In this document: in pieces, positions 1 through 10,119 of the stretch
Layout: each line of letters begins with the position of its first letter
How positions within the stretch are numbered: position 1 is the stretch's first letter
NCBI GenBank assembly: GCA_943789445.1
Contig: CALSUC010000001.1
Span: 306,168 to 370,167 of the forward strand
Reading direction: 5' to 3'
Length of the DNA: 64,000 nucleotides
DNA from: an uncultured Gammaproteobacteria bacterium
Lineage (GTDB): Bacteria > Pseudomonadota > Gammaproteobacteria > UBA4575
Position numbers and translations under genes: made by a program
The notes under the pieces: generated by a model
Told to the model about the DNA's origin: nothing
Seen by the model: only the letters and a program-made list of their open reading frames with translations
Databases searched by the model: none

Positions 1-23
1 CAAGTATTAATAATGGTCGCAGG

Positions 24-383
24 GTGATGGTGTTATTTATGTTGGCGGCCTTGGCGTTTGTTTTTTATGGCGATCGTGATTTGTTTAGTGCGGTTGCAGT
101 TAGTGGTACGGCGTCTTTATTTTTAGTGCCAGTGATCTTCTTTAATATCTTTGCGGGTCGCAGTGATATTCCAGTGTGGAGTTTGTTGGCTGGTTTTTCT
201 ATTGCACTAGTAGGCGCAGGACTCTACTTCACTGAATCTTCGGCTTATAGCAGCTTGTTAGGAGAGTCGCATAAGTACAACAAACTGCTCTACATTACTA
301 TGGCAGTGCTTATCTCAAATATGGCACTGTTTTATCTGGGCACTTTTTTAAGCAGGCTGTTAAGCACTAAGCCTAGGCAATGA
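24..383 (+). CDS. small hydrophobic membrane protein, function unknown
   Basis: 119-aa ORF with several predicted transmembrane stretches; no recognisable motif. Confidence 0.4.
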   Translation: MMVLFMLAALAFVFYGDRDLFSAVAVSGTASLFLVPVIFFNIFAGRSDIPVWSLLAGFSIALVGAGLYFTESSAYSSLLGESHKYNKLLYITMAVLISNMALFYLGTFLSRLLSTKPRQ

Positions 384-403
384 AGACTGTGGGTTGTTTA
401 CTA

Positions 404-1369
404 TTATTCTGATCGTTTTTCTGCCTGCTTGATTAGCAGCTCTGCGCTATTACTCTTGATATGCAAATCACGCTGTGGGAATGGAATCTCGATGCCCGCA
501 TTGCCTAATGCAGTTTCAATCTCCCACATGTACATGGCATTCCAAGAGCCAGGTCGGGTGCGGTCATTTTTTGGGTTAAGCCAAATGACCAGTTCGAAAT
601 CTAAACTGTTATCGCCAAAGCCAACTAACCAGACCTGCGGCCTACGTTTGTCACCATCATCATAGGTGATATCGACTTTTCGTGAGGCCGCCAACACCAC
701 GTCTCTCACCAGTTCTTTGTCTGTGCCATAGGCGACACCAAAGGGAATATGAATGCGAACGATGGATTCGTTTAGGGTGTAGTTGGTGACCTTGGTTGAG
801 ATCAGTTCTGAGTTGGGAACAATGATGTCGAGGTTGTCTGGTGTGGTGACAATCGTGCTGCGTACATTGATATCTTTCACGGTGCCACGCAGGCCACTAT
901 CTAGCTCGATAAAGTCGCCAACTTTGACGTTATGTTCAAACAGAATAATGATGCCGGAGACAAAATTATTGACCACTGACTGTAGACCAAAACCGACACC
1001 GACACTTAATGCGCCTGCGACGATAGCGAGGTTAGTGAAGTTAATGCCAACCGAGCTTAAGGCAGTGACTAGCCCAACGATTATGATGATGTAAAAAAAT
1101 ACGCGGATAATGGTATAAACCGCAGGGGGTACCTTGCCATTGGTCGCAGTGTTTAGGCGTAGAAATAGGGCTTGAGCATAACGCGCAATGACGATGGTCA
1201 CGATCATGATCAAGATGCCTTGTAGCAGGCTGACCGTGGTTACTGGGGTTTCACCAATCGAAAAGAATTCGTAGAGGAAGAGGTCTGATAGCATTCTCCA
1301 AACACCGTGGTCTGGCCAAGTGAAGTCTATAGTGGTGTTGGGTAGCCTTATTTGGAAATCGCTTAGCAA
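404..1369 (-). CDS. mechanosensitive ion channel, MscS family
   Basis: N-terminal transmembrane helices followed by an MscS-like pore-helix/beta-domain region (VGFGLQSVVNNFVSGIIILFE...). Confidence 0.8.
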   Translation of the reverse strand: MLSDFQIRLPNTTIDFTWPDHGVWRMLSDLFLYEFFSIGETPVTTVSLLQGILIMIVTIVIARYAQALFLRLNTATNGKVPPAVYTIIRVFFYIIIIVGLVTALSSVGINFTNLAIVAGALSVGVGFGLQSVVNNFVSGIIILFEHNVKVGDFIELDSGLRGTVKDINVRSTIVTTPDNLDIIVPNSELISTKVTNYTLNESIVRIHIPFGVAYGTDKELVRDVVLAASRKVDITYDDGDKRRPQVWLVGFGDNSLDFELVIWLNPKNDRTRPGSWNAMYMWEIETALGNAGIEIPFPQRDLHIKSNSAELLIKQAEKRSE

Positions 1370-1517
1370 TGCATTTACTTCGTTGATGATGGCAAGAGTT
1401 ACCTTATTTTAGATCTCTAAATGCACGCTGTATATTGAATTTAATCTGAATCTTAGTCGGTAAGGGACTTTAACGGTGCTTCAGCAAGGGTATGAGCTGG
1501 TTTTGACTGGTCTAGTG

Positions 1518-2183
1518 CTATTTCTTATCAAGGTAGGCCAACCGCTTAGTGAAATCATCATGCCAGACTTTAGATAGCGCATCGCATTGCAGTATGGATA
1601 CGAGGTCAGCACGACGCAGGCCGCGTGCATAGAATAATTGATTACAACGACTGATCGACCATAGGCTACAACCCGACTCAATCTTTTCTAGCTGCATGCC
1701 GGCAGCAATCTCACCTTCTTGTAGCACGCGTAGGTACCAGCCGGTATAGCCGCTGCCGATGACCCAATTCGGCAATCTTTTTTGCTTGAATTTATGTCCT
1801 AACTTCCAACAGGGTTGGCGTGGTTGGGTGACTTGTAAAACGGCTTCACCGCATTTAAAGGTATCACCAATCAAGACGCCGTGTTCATCGGCCCCAGAAA
1901 GGCATAGGTTTTCGCCAAAGGCACCCTGTGGCTGATTTGGTAGTTGAATGCGTGGTCGTCGTAATAGACCAATACGTTGTTGCCAATGGGCATAGTGTTG
2001 TTGTGGGTAGGCATAGACTGCCTTGTCTAAGCCACCATGCACGCTTAAGTCGGCCTGTTGATCGCCCACCAGGTTTTCTTTGTTCAGCCGTATAAGGCCC
2101 TGTACGGCTTGCTTTGAAATGGCCGATAGCGTCTCGTCCTGAAAGGCCTTGGGTTTGCCAACGTGGATGCTTTCGATCTTCAT
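1518..2183 (-). CDS. MOSC domain-containing protein (YiiM-like)
   Basis: 221 aa; MOSC-like beta-barrel region with a C-terminal helical tail, resembling YiiM. Confidence 0.6.
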   Translation of the reverse strand: MKIESIHVGKPKAFQDETLSAISKQAVQGLIRLNKENLVGDQQADLSVHGGLDKAVYAYPQQHYAHWQQRIGLLRRPRIQLPNQPQGAFGENLCLSGADEHGVLIGDTFKCGEAVLQVTQPRQPCWKLGHKFKQKRLPNWVIGSGYTGWYLRVLQEGEIAAGMQLEKIESGCSLWSISRCNQLFYARGLRRADLVSILQCDALSKVWHDDFTKRLAYLDKK

Positions 2184-2350
2184 TTGAAGGTGCTTTATAG
2201 TTGAGTCTACTGAATATGACTCAAGTTTAGCTGTTGCTAGCTGAAATGTATAAGGCTTAGGAAGGGGAGTAGGTGCTTTGTATATTGCAGCACAATTTAG
2301 CAGTGAGTAGAGTGCTTGCTTATCACCAGTCGTTATTAATATAAGCTGGT

Positions 2351-3268
2351 TTAGTTACTGGCTCTATCTCTTGAGTCTGCAACACTTGCAGTAATGACCT
2401 CTGCCAACAGCTTGAATTCTTTTTGTCGCGAGCTTGATTTGCGCCAGGCTAATGCGATATCGCGATAGGCGCTGTCTGCCATCCGTTGCGTCTTAATCGA
2501 GGTGCCTTGCAGTATGCCGCCATCCACTGCGAGCTCAGGAATAAAGCTGATGCCTAAGTCACCATCCACCATCTTGACGAGGCTATATAAGTCGCTGGCT
2601 GAATACCGTTGCAGTGGATTTTTTTGTACGACATTACAGGTGTTAATGACATGATCTCGCAGGCAATGTCCATCTTCTAACAGTAAGACATGCTGTTCAT
2701 TAAAGTGTTTTATGTCGAAATGATTAGATTCAACGAACCTTGTTTCTTGATGATAGGCGAGACAAAAGTGATCTTTAAATAATGGTAATGTTTCTACATT
2801 ATTAAGCTCCATAGGCAGCGCCAAAATCAACAGATCTAATTCGCCGTCTAATAAAGAGCTATGAATACTATCCGTTTTTCCCTCTTTGATATAAAGGTCA
2901 AGTTTGGGGAATTGAGCATATATGTCTTGGAGTGCATGGGGTAGTAGGAAAGGGGCAATGCTCGGAATAATGCCGACTTTCAATGTGCCGGACAAAACCG
3001 CTTGGAAATTTCTGCTGATATCCATCAGCGCTTCAACATCAAATAATGCGAGTCGCGCCTGAGAAGCAACGCTGGAGCCTATGCTAGTGAATACCGTGCT
3101 ACGGCTAGTTCTATCGACTAGCGAGACCTTGAGTAGGGTTTCTAGGTCTTTGATCGCAAGGCTGAATGCCGATTGAGATACATGACATGATTTAGCGGCA
3201 TGTCCAAAGTGCAGATGCCGTTCTAAGGCAATCAAGTACCTTAACTGCTTGAGTGTGGGGTAGGCCAA
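2351..3268 (-). CDS. LysR-family transcriptional regulator (OxyR-like)
   Basis: N-terminal helix-turn-helix LKQLRYLIALERHLHFGHAAKSCHVSQSAFSLAIKDLE, similar to the OxyR N-terminus, plus a LysR substrate-binding domain. Confidence 0.8.
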   Translation of the reverse strand: MAYPTLKQLRYLIALERHLHFGHAAKSCHVSQSAFSLAIKDLETLLKVSLVDRTSRSTVFTSIGSSVASQARLALFDVEALMDISRNFQAVLSGTLKVGIIPSIAPFLLPHALQDIYAQFPKLDLYIKEGKTDSIHSSLLDGELDLLILALPMELNNVETLPLFKDHFCLAYHQETRFVESNHFDIKHFNEQHVLLLEDGHCLRDHVINTCNVVQKNPLQRYSASDLYSLVKMVDGDLGISFIPELAVDGGILQGTSIKTQRMADSAYRDIALAWRKSSSRQKEFKLLAEVITASVADSRDRASN

Positions 3269-3352
3269 TAGATAATTTTGATATAGTTAACTGCATATAC
3301 TTATATCAACAGTGATTAATAATTGCTGTGGCATTTATACCAAAATAGGTGC

Positions 3353-3727
3353 CTATTTTGTTTTTCGTAATATTAGTGCCGTAATAACTACTGCCATTGA
3401 ACAAAGGCTGATATAGGCCCACAGGGTATCCAGTAATAACATCGATAGGCCGAGAGAAAGCCAAATAAAAAGAATAACTTTATAAGCGGTTAAAGTGGGT
3501 AGTCGTGCGCCATTCTGGAAGGTGTTGATTAGAGGGCCAAAGCTAGGGTGTTGTAACAACCAATGATGAAACCGGGGTGAGGACTTAGCGAAACAAGTGG
3601 CGGTCAGTAATACGAATGGTGTGGTTGGTAGTAGTGGCAGAACAATACCTGCTATACCTAAGCCCAAAGAAATGAAGCCTATTATAATTAATAGGCCATG
3701 CTTTGTTTGAGTACCCAGACGATTCAT
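3353..3727 (-). CDS. DUF454 inner-membrane protein (YbaN-like)
   Basis: 124 aa, two hydrophobic helices, motif GIVLPLLPTTPFVLL typical of YbaN. Confidence 0.7.
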   Translation of the reverse strand: MNRLGTQTKHGLLIIIGFISLGLGIAGIVLPLLPTTPFVLLTATCFAKSSPRFHHWLLQHPSFGPLINTFQNGARLPTLTAYKVILFIWLSLGLSMLLLDTLWAYISLCSMAVVITALILRKTK

Positions 3728-3742
3728 TGCAGGGCCAATAAT

Positions 3743-4051
3743 CTATTGGCTTTCGGCTGCAACAACAAGGTTGTGCTGTTCTAAGCCACCTTGCTTACTG
3801 AAGGCCTCTTCAGGCATAGGATTTTTATGGGCAAGCTTGAAATCATCACTGCCAACCCAGCTACGGAAAGCGACTTCATCTTCCCATTCGGTTAATACAA
3901 TATAAGGTGCATCTTCGCTGAGAGGGCGTAAGACCTGCATGCGGACAAAACCAGGCTGTTGCTCTATTTGTCCAGCTCGTACTATGAAGCGCTGTTCGAA
4001 TTCTTCTGCCCATTCGGATCGTAGGTATACTCTATTACTGACAATATGCAT
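3743..4051 (-). CDS. antibiotic biosynthesis monooxygenase (ABM) domain protein
   Basis: 102-aa ferredoxin-like fold with an ABM-like pattern. Confidence 0.5.
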   Translation of the reverse strand: MHIVSNRVYLRSEWAEEFEQRFIVRAGQIEQQPGFVRMQVLRPLSEDAPYIVLTEWEDEVAFRSWVGSDDFKLAHKNPMPEEAFSKQGGLEQHNLVVAAESQ

Positions 4052-4232
4052 GACAACACGTCTTATTGGTTAAGTTCGAAGGGTACTAGTGTGGCAAAGC
4101 TAGGCGATTAGCTCCAGCCCTTGTTTGGCCTGAGGGCTTGAAATAGACTGAAGCCTCGTAATTGACGCAAAAAAACCTACATAATTCAGTTTTAGCTGAC
4201 TTTAGCAGCTTACGAGTGACCTAAGAATCGAT

Positions 4233-7200
4233 ATGACTAGTCCACATCGCTCGCTACTGGCTAGCCGCCACTTTCTACCTTTGTTTTGTGTCCAATTTCT
4301 GGGTGCGTTTAACGATAATATCTTCCGCTTTGCCCTGCTAACACTGATTACCTATCAGTTTAGTCAGACTGAAGGCTTTGATCCGGCAAAGTTGACGATG
4401 CTGGCTGCGGGCCTCTTTATCCTACCTTTTTTCTTATTCTCAGCGAGTGCGGGTCTGCTGGCAGATCGGTATTCAAAGACGCTATGTATTCGCTATATCA
4501 AACTCTTCGAGCTGCTCATTATGCTCTTTGCGGCCTTAGCGCTAGATCAGCAATGGTGGTATTTACTGTTTTTCTGTCTGGCCTTAACTGGCCTGCAGTC
4601 AGCACTCTTTGGCCCGGTAAAGTATGCCATCTTGCCGCAGTTGTTAGCACGTCAGGAATTACTCTCTGGTAACGCCTGGGTGACCGCTGGCACGTTTGTA
4701 TCGGTGCTCCTAGGGACTATGTTGGGTGGTCTATTGGTTATGGCTGAGAGTGGCCGTCTATGGGTTGCTGTGGTGCTCTGTACGGTGGCTTTGCTCGGTT
4801 ACCTCGCAAGTCTCTTAATACCTAAAACGCTACCAGCAAATAATCAAACAGCGCTGTCATTTAACTTTATTGCGAGTACCGCGCGAGTGATCAGCAGTGG
4901 TTTCGCAAATGCTGAAATTCGCCCGGTGATGTTGGCAATTTCCTGCTTCTGGTTATTTGCCTATGTCATTCAAAGTCAGTTGGCGCCGATGTGTTTACAA
5001 TTGTTGGCGGCAGATGAAACGGTAACGGTATTATTTTTAACCCTGTTTACGTTAGGTATCGCTACCGGTTGCCTGCTCTGTAGTCGATTGCTAAAAGGCA
5101 AGATCAGCCTGCGTTGGGTGCCATTGGCGGCAATCGTCATGTCTTTATTCTGTTTTGATCTATATGTCTTCGTCAGTGCTTATGAAAAAACCATAGGGCC
5201 TCTATTGGCGTGGCGCTATATCCTCGCTGAGCCACACTATTGGCGTCTGATCTTAGATATTTTTATGATTGCACTAGCCGCTGGCTTTTATATTGTGCCG
5301 CTGTATAGCTATCTGCAACATAGTGTTGATGAGAGTGTGCGTGCACAGGTGATCGCAGCGAATAATATTCTCAATGCCCTGTTTATGGTGACGGCATCGA
5401 TCCTAGTCATTACGGCACTATCTAGCGGTTTTGATCTAGCCGATATTTTTTTCTTTCTGGCCTTATTTAATTTGAGTGGCGTGTTTTTCATGATTAAAGA
5501 CATACGAGATTTCTTGACTCGCTTAGACCGTTTCCTGTTACGTCTATTCTTCCGTTTTGAAGTGCGAGGCCTAGAACATTACCCAAAGGACGATACACCG
5601 ACCGTCATCATCGCCAATCATGTTTCATTTTTAGATGGGCCGTTGCTGGTAGCGGCATTACCTGAGTTACCTGTTTTTGCCATTAATCGGGAAGTGAATC
5701 AGAAATGGTGGGCGAGTATGTTTACTCGGTTTTATGAGATGTTCCCATTAGATTCAGCCAAGCCTATGGCGACTAAGAGCCTGATCAAGATGCTACGTCA
5801 GGGGCGTAAAGTAGTGATCTTCCCAGAAGGGCGGATCAGTCATACTGGTCATTTGATGAAGCTCTATGATGGGCCGGGTAAGATTGCAGATATCGCTGGC
5901 GCACAGTTACTGCCAGTGCGCATTGATGGCGCGCAGTATACGTCCTTCGGCCGTGTGACTGGGGGCAAGAAGTTGCGCTGGTTTACTAAGGTGACGGTCA
6001 CTATTTGTAAACCGCAGGCCTTAAAAATTGCACCGGAATTACACTCCAAGGCGCGGGTGGCAAGCCTGCGTGATCGTGTCTATCAGGTGATGACTGAGAT
6101 GATGCTACAAACCTCAGTATCCAAACAAACCCTATTTCAAAGCCTGCAGACTTCACTGCATCGTAATGGCCGTGGCTATGCGATTCTGGAGGATATTAAT
6201 CGCCAGAGCATCACCTTGGGTAAGATGCAGTTGGCAAGTTTGGTCTTGGCAAATGCCTTACGCCCAATGCTACAGGCTAAACAGCCTGTGGGTGTCTTGC
6301 TGCCTAACACTATCCCTACAGCAGTTTGCTTTTATGCACTGCAGTCACAGAGTAGGGTGGCGGCGATGCTTAATTTTTCAGTTGGGCGTGCCGCCTTGCG
6401 TGCCGCTATAGAAACTGCCGAAATCAAACAGGTGATTAGCTCACGCCGATTTATTCAGTTGGCTGAGTTGGGTGAATTGATAGCTGAGATTGAAGACTTG
6501 GTTGATATTATTTATCTGGAAGATGTTAAGACCAAAATTGGTTTGGGGCATAAAGTCACTGCGTTGTTTACTGTCGCCACAGGTCTGGGTTTGCAACGTG
6601 ATCAAGGTGATTGCCACGACCCTGCGGTTATCTTATTTACCTCAGGTTCAGAAGGGATGCCAAAGGCCGTTGTCCTGAGTCACCATAATCTGTTGTCGAA
6701 TCAGGCACAGGTGAATACGGTGATGGATTTTGTGCCACAGGATTGCTTTTTTAATGCTTTACCTTTATTCCATTCTTTTGGTCTAGGTGTTGGCTTGATC
6801 TTGCCGGTTGCTAGTGGCATTCGTACGTTTCTCTATCCGACACCACTGCACTTTAAGCAGATCCCAGACATGGTGTATGACACGCGTGCCAGTGTTATTT
6901 TTGGCACCGACACTTTTTTATCTGCCTATGCGAGACATGCAGCGGCACAAGATTTTAAATCGCTGCGTTATGTTATTGCAGGCGCAGAAAAGCTTAAGGC
7001 CAGTACGCGCGAGTTGTGGCTGAAAAAACACGGCAAGCGTATTCATGAGGGCTATGGTTTAACTGAAACCTCTCCGGCATTGAGTATCAATACAGATGCC
7101 TATGGCAAAGAAGGTAGTGTTGGTAAGTTATTGCCAGGGATAGAGCATCGTTTAGAAAAAGTTGAAGGCATTGAGCAGGGACATAGACTCTGGGTTCGAG

Positions 7201-7646
7201 GTGCGAATATCATGTTGGGTTATATGAAGCATGAACGTTCAGGTGTGCTGCAAGCACCTGAAGATGGCTGGCATGATAGCGGTGATATTGTATCGATTGA
7301 TGCAGACGGTTTTTTGCATATTGTAGGTCGCGCAAAACGCTTTGCTAAAATCGGTGGAGAAATGATTTCATTGGCGCAGTTAGAACAGTGGCTGGCGGAT
7401 GATCTGCCTGAGGCTGATCATTGTCTGGTCGCAGTTGAAGATGAACGTAAGGGCGAGAGATTGGTGCTATTAACGACCCATGTCGGATTGCAACGTCAGC
7501 AGCTACAAAAGGTTATTCAAGCGTTTGGCGGCTCTGAGTTAATGTTGCCACGGACGATAGTCTGCAGAGATGCATTGCCTCTGCTTGGTAGTGGTAAGTT
7601 TGATTACGCGACGATGCAGAAGATTGCTCAGCAGGCATCAGACTAA
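4233..7646 (+). CDS. aas: fused lysophospholipid transporter LplT (MFS) / 2-acylglycerophosphoethanolamine acyltransferase / acyl-ACP synthetase Aas
   Basis: 1137 aa. N-terminal ~400 aa is an MFS transporter with ~12 TM helices. Middle has the PlsC-type HxxxxD motif (ANHVSFLDGP). C-terminus has the AMP-binding motif (FTSGSEGMPKAV) and an acyl-ACP synthetase-like tail. Confidence 0.85.
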   Translation: MTSPHRSLLASRHFLPLFCVQFLGAFNDNIFRFALLTLITYQFSQTEGFDPAKLTMLAAGLFILPFFLFSASAGLLADRYSKTLCIRYIKLFELLIMLFAALALDQQWWYLLFFCLALTGLQSALFGPVKYAILPQLLARQELLSGNAWVTAGTFVSVLLGTMLGGLLVMAESGRLWVAVVLCTVALLGYLASLLIPKTLPANNQTALSFNFIASTARVISSGFANAEIRPVMLAISCFWLFAYVIQSQLAPMCLQLLAADETVTVLFLTLFTLGIATGCLLCSRLLKGKISLRWVPLAAIVMSLFCFDLYVFVSAYEKTIGPLLAWRYILAEPHYWRLILDIFMIALAAGFYIVPLYSYLQHSVDESVRAQVIAANNILNALFMVTASILVITALSSGFDLADIFFFLALFNLSGVFFMIKDIRDFLTRLDRFLLRLFFRFEVRGLEHYPKDDTPTVIIANHVSFLDGPLLVAALPELPVFAINREVNQKWWASMFTRFYEMFPLDSAKPMATKSLIKMLRQGRKVVIFPEGRISHTGHLMKLYDGPGKIADIAGAQLLPVRIDGAQYTSFGRVTGGKKLRWFTKVTVTICKPQALKIAPELHSKARVASLRDRVYQVMTEMMLQTSVSKQTLFQSLQTSLHRNGRGYAILEDINRQSITLGKMQLASLVLANALRPMLQAKQPVGVLLPNTIPTAVCFYALQSQSRVAAMLNFSVGRAALRAAIETAEIKQVISSRRFIQLAELGELIAEIEDLVDIIYLEDVKTKIGLGHKVTALFTVATGLGLQRDQGDCHDPAVILFTSGSEGMPKAVVLSHHNLLSNQAQVNTVMDFVPQDCFFNALPLFHSFGLGVGLILPVASGIRTFLYPTPLHFKQIPDMVYDTRASVIFGTDTFLSAYARHAAAQDFKSLRYVIAGAEKLKASTRELWLKKHGKRIHEGYGLTETSPALSINTDAYGKEGSVGKLLPGIEHRLEKVEGIEQGHRLWVRGANIMLGYMKHERSGVLQAPEDGWHDSGDIVSIDADGFLHIVGRAKRFAKIGGEMISLAQLEQWLADDLPEADHCLVAVEDERKGERLVLLTTHVGLQRQQLQKVIQAFGGSELMLPRTIVCRDALPLLGSGKFDYATMQKIAQQASD

Positions 7647-7660
7647 GGGCGCTATACGGT

Positions 7661-8479
7661 CTATTGTTCGAGTAATTTTCGCCAATCGATACTGTTATCA
7701 GCAAAGACTAGGAAGCCTGGGTTTAGCAGTGATTCTTTGTTGTACTGTAAGGGCTCTAGTTGCAGGTTGGTGAGGAAGCCACCAGCTTCTTCAACGATGC
7801 TCTGAGCGGCTGCAGTGTCCCACTCCCAAGTAGGGCCAAAGCGTGGGTAGAGATCAATACTGCCCTCTGCAACGAGACAGGACTTGAGTGAGCTACCACG
7901 TCTGATCATTTCTTGCCCACCAAGACGTTGCATAAAACGGATCAACTTTTCACCCTGGGCTGAACGACCACCACAAGTCCGCATCGGCTGTTGTGCTTGT
8001 GGTGCGACATGGATCGCCTGAGAGGCCTCCTGTCCGATCTGCTTACTGGCCCCTAGGCCGCTAGCCGCCACATAGAGTACTTTGTCTGCAGGTAGATAGA
8101 TGACGCCTAGGATAGGTTTTTGTTGTTCGATGAGGGCGATGTTAACGGTGAAATCAGGTCGGTCGTTAATGAACTCACGGGTGCCATCGAGTGGATCCAC
8201 CAGCCAGAATGGTCCCCATTGTTTGCGCTCTGCAAAATCGTATAACTCAGATTCTTCGGATAATATCGGTAGTTTCGGCGAAAGCTTGTTTAGTCCTTGT
8301 TGAATGATTTGATTGGCCGCTAGATCAGCAGAGGTCACCGGTGATTTATCTTCTTTGCGGAAGACTTCATACTCTGAGCGGTAGTATTGGAGGATGGCTT
8401 CGCCTGCTTGCTTGGCGATTTCGCTAGTTGCCTGCAATAGTTCGCTTAAATCCTTAGCATCGAAATTTGTTTTTGCCAT
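7661..8479 (-). CDS. cysQ: 3'(2'),5'-bisphosphate nucleotidase CysQ (inositol monophosphatase family)
   Basis: WLVDPLDGTREF metal-binding motif; length and N-terminus typical of CysQ. Confidence 0.85.
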   Translation of the reverse strand: MAKTNFDAKDLSELLQATSEIAKQAGEAILQYYRSEYEVFRKEDKSPVTSADLAANQIIQQGLNKLSPKLPILSEESELYDFAERKQWGPFWLVDPLDGTREFINDRPDFTVNIALIEQQKPILGVIYLPADKVLYVAASGLGASKQIGQEASQAIHVAPQAQQPMRTCGGRSAQGEKLIRFMQRLGGQEMIRRGSSLKSCLVAEGSIDLYPRFGPTWEWDTAAAQSIVEEAGGFLTNLQLEPLQYNKESLLNPGFLVFADNSIDWRKLLEQ

Positions 8480-8611
8480 GATTGCCTACTACCCCATACT
8501 CTGTTGCGGTTGGATAGATGTTGCTATGGTCATATGTAGCGGCATGAATACTATCTCGGGCAGCGGAAAAATGAATAACCTAATTGTAGCTTATGGAGAA
8601 GCTGAGCGCTG

Positions 8612-9286
8612 ATGAATTCTTTCTTAGATTGGCAGGGCATTGATACCGTTCTACTGGATATGGATGGCACCTTAATGGACCTGGGGTTTGATAACTTCTT
8701 TTGGCATGAGTTTTTACCAGAACGCTATGCGCAATTACATGGACTAGCCTTGGAGCCGGTGAAGGCAGATTTAATTGCTCGCTATCGGGCAAAGAGTGGC
8801 AGCCTACAATTTTACTGTACGGATTATTGGAGTGCAGAATTAGGTCTGGATATAGTCAGTATGAAACATGAAGTGGATGAGCGTATTCAACTGTTCCCAC
8901 TAGTTACCGATTTTTTGATGTGGTTACGCGACAGTGGTAAGCGAGTGGTGCTGTGCACTAATGCACATCTGGATATTGTCGAGATCAAGATGGCCAAGAC
9001 CGGTATCTCGCATCACTTTGATCGTATTATTTCCTCTCACAGCTATGGCCATGCGAAAGAGTCACAGCAGTTTTGGGAGCAATTACAGCAGGATGAAAAG
9101 CCTAATTTAAAGCGCACTTTGCTAGTGGATGATAACGTCCATGTGCTATCTGCAGCGAAACAATATGGGGTGGCTCATCTGATTAGTATCTGGCAGCCAG
9201 ATAGTACTGAACCGGTGCAAGATACGGCCGGCTTTGCTGCGATTAATGATTTTTCTGAGTTAGTGCCTGAGCTACGCGCGGTTTAA
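8612..9286 (+). CDS. yrfG: HAD-family GMP/IMP nucleotidase YrfG-like
   Basis: N-terminus WQGIDTVLLDMDGTLMDLGFDNFFWHEFLPE closely matches YrfG; HAD motifs present. Confidence 0.8.
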   Translation: MNSFLDWQGIDTVLLDMDGTLMDLGFDNFFWHEFLPERYAQLHGLALEPVKADLIARYRAKSGSLQFYCTDYWSAELGLDIVSMKHEVDERIQLFPLVTDFLMWLRDSGKRVVLCTNAHLDIVEIKMAKTGISHHFDRIISSHSYGHAKESQQFWEQLQQDEKPNLKRTLLVDDNVHVLSAAKQYGVAHLISIWQPDSTEPVQDTAGFAAINDFSELVPELRAV

Positions 9287-9708
9287 CCACGCTGCCATTT
9301 TTTGAAGCGCTTCTTGCAGTACGTTAAAAGCTCATCATAGTTACGGAAGTAGAGATCAAAACCCTCGCTAGGAGCAGCATCAAACTCGCAGTAATCATTG
9401 TCGTAGCTACGGCAGATTTCAGGTCTAGTTTCATAAATGCCACAGCGTCCATCACCTTGGATATGCTCACAGCGTGCAGCGATAAGTAAATACCAGCCGT
9501 CTTCATCTTTGTAGAGCTCAATATTTTTATGCGAGACCTGCCAGAGTAAATGTTCAAACTCAGATTTCTTTCTGGGCGTGTCGATGAGTTGCGTAACATA
9601 GGTACAGCAAATTGTATTTGTACAAAAACCACATTTATTTTCAGGAGTTATCTTGACGCTGGGGTCTAAGAATTTTTTGATGTCGGCAAATCGGACAACA
9701 CTAGTCAT
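9283..9708 (-). CDS. YkgJ-family cysteine-cluster protein (putative Zn/Fe-chelating, UPF0153)
   Basis: CGFCTNTICC ... CGIYETRPEICRSY motifs. Start moved to the internal ATG at 9708, which is preceded by an AGGAG Shine-Dalgarno sequence. Confidence 0.65.
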   Translation of the reverse strand: MTSVVRFADIKKFLDPSVKITPENKCGFCTNTICCTYVTQLIDTPRKKSEFEHLLWQVSHKNIELYKDEDGWYLLIAARCEHIQGDGRCGIYETRPEICRSYDNDYCEFDAAPSEGFDLYFRNYDELLTYCKKRFKKWQRG

Positions 9709-9719
9709 AAGGGTTACTC

Positions 9720-10106
9720 CTATGAGCCGGACTGATCCCAAGCATAGGCACAGTCTAGTTCAGAGCGGACCTGCTTTAGGCCATCTACATCGACTACGAT
9801 TAGCTCAATTGGACGTTTATTTTGGAATCGCCTGTGTGGCGTATGTAACCAACGTGAGCCCATATAGGCATTACGTGGAAAGGTCGTGCGTAGTGCTTCT
9901 GCGATACCAGCGATATGCTCGATGCGCACAGCAGTCTGCTCCCCTTGGGGAAAGGGATCGCCTTTTCTGAACTTATCTAAATGACGTAGGCGCACCTTGC
10001 TAGGTAGGTCCAAGACATGCAGGATTTGATTTCCATCTAAACCCCACTCATCTAACAAGCGCATGACATTACTCGTGATTGCGCTCTCTACATCGGTTTC
10101 GTTCAT
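9720..10106 (-). CDS. hypothetical protein with a C-terminal region resembling the DUF2384 (Xre/MbcA/ParS-type antitoxin) domain
   Basis: C-terminal RWLHTPHRRFQNKRPIELIVVDVDGLKQVRSELD resembles the DUF2384 consensus (WL..PN..LGG.RPLDLL.T..G...V...L). Confidence 0.4.
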   Translation of the reverse strand: MNETDVESAITSNVMRLLDEWGLDGNQILHVLDLPSKVRLRHLDKFRKGDPFPQGEQTAVRIEHIAGIAEALRTTFPRNAYMGSRWLHTPHRRFQNKRPIELIVVDVDGLKQVRSELDCAYAWDQSGS

Positions 10107-10119
10107 AGCTTTTTAGTGT

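Noticed and set aside
4484-7023. Multiple 60-80-aa ORFs in the ORF track inside or antisense to the 3.4-kb aas gene (e.g. 4484-4672, 5309-5503, 5864-6049, 6166-6411, 6490-6678, 6808-7023)
   Set aside because: They overlap a strongly supported long CDS in other frames. They have no Shine-Dalgarno sequence or conservation signals. This is typical random-ORF background.
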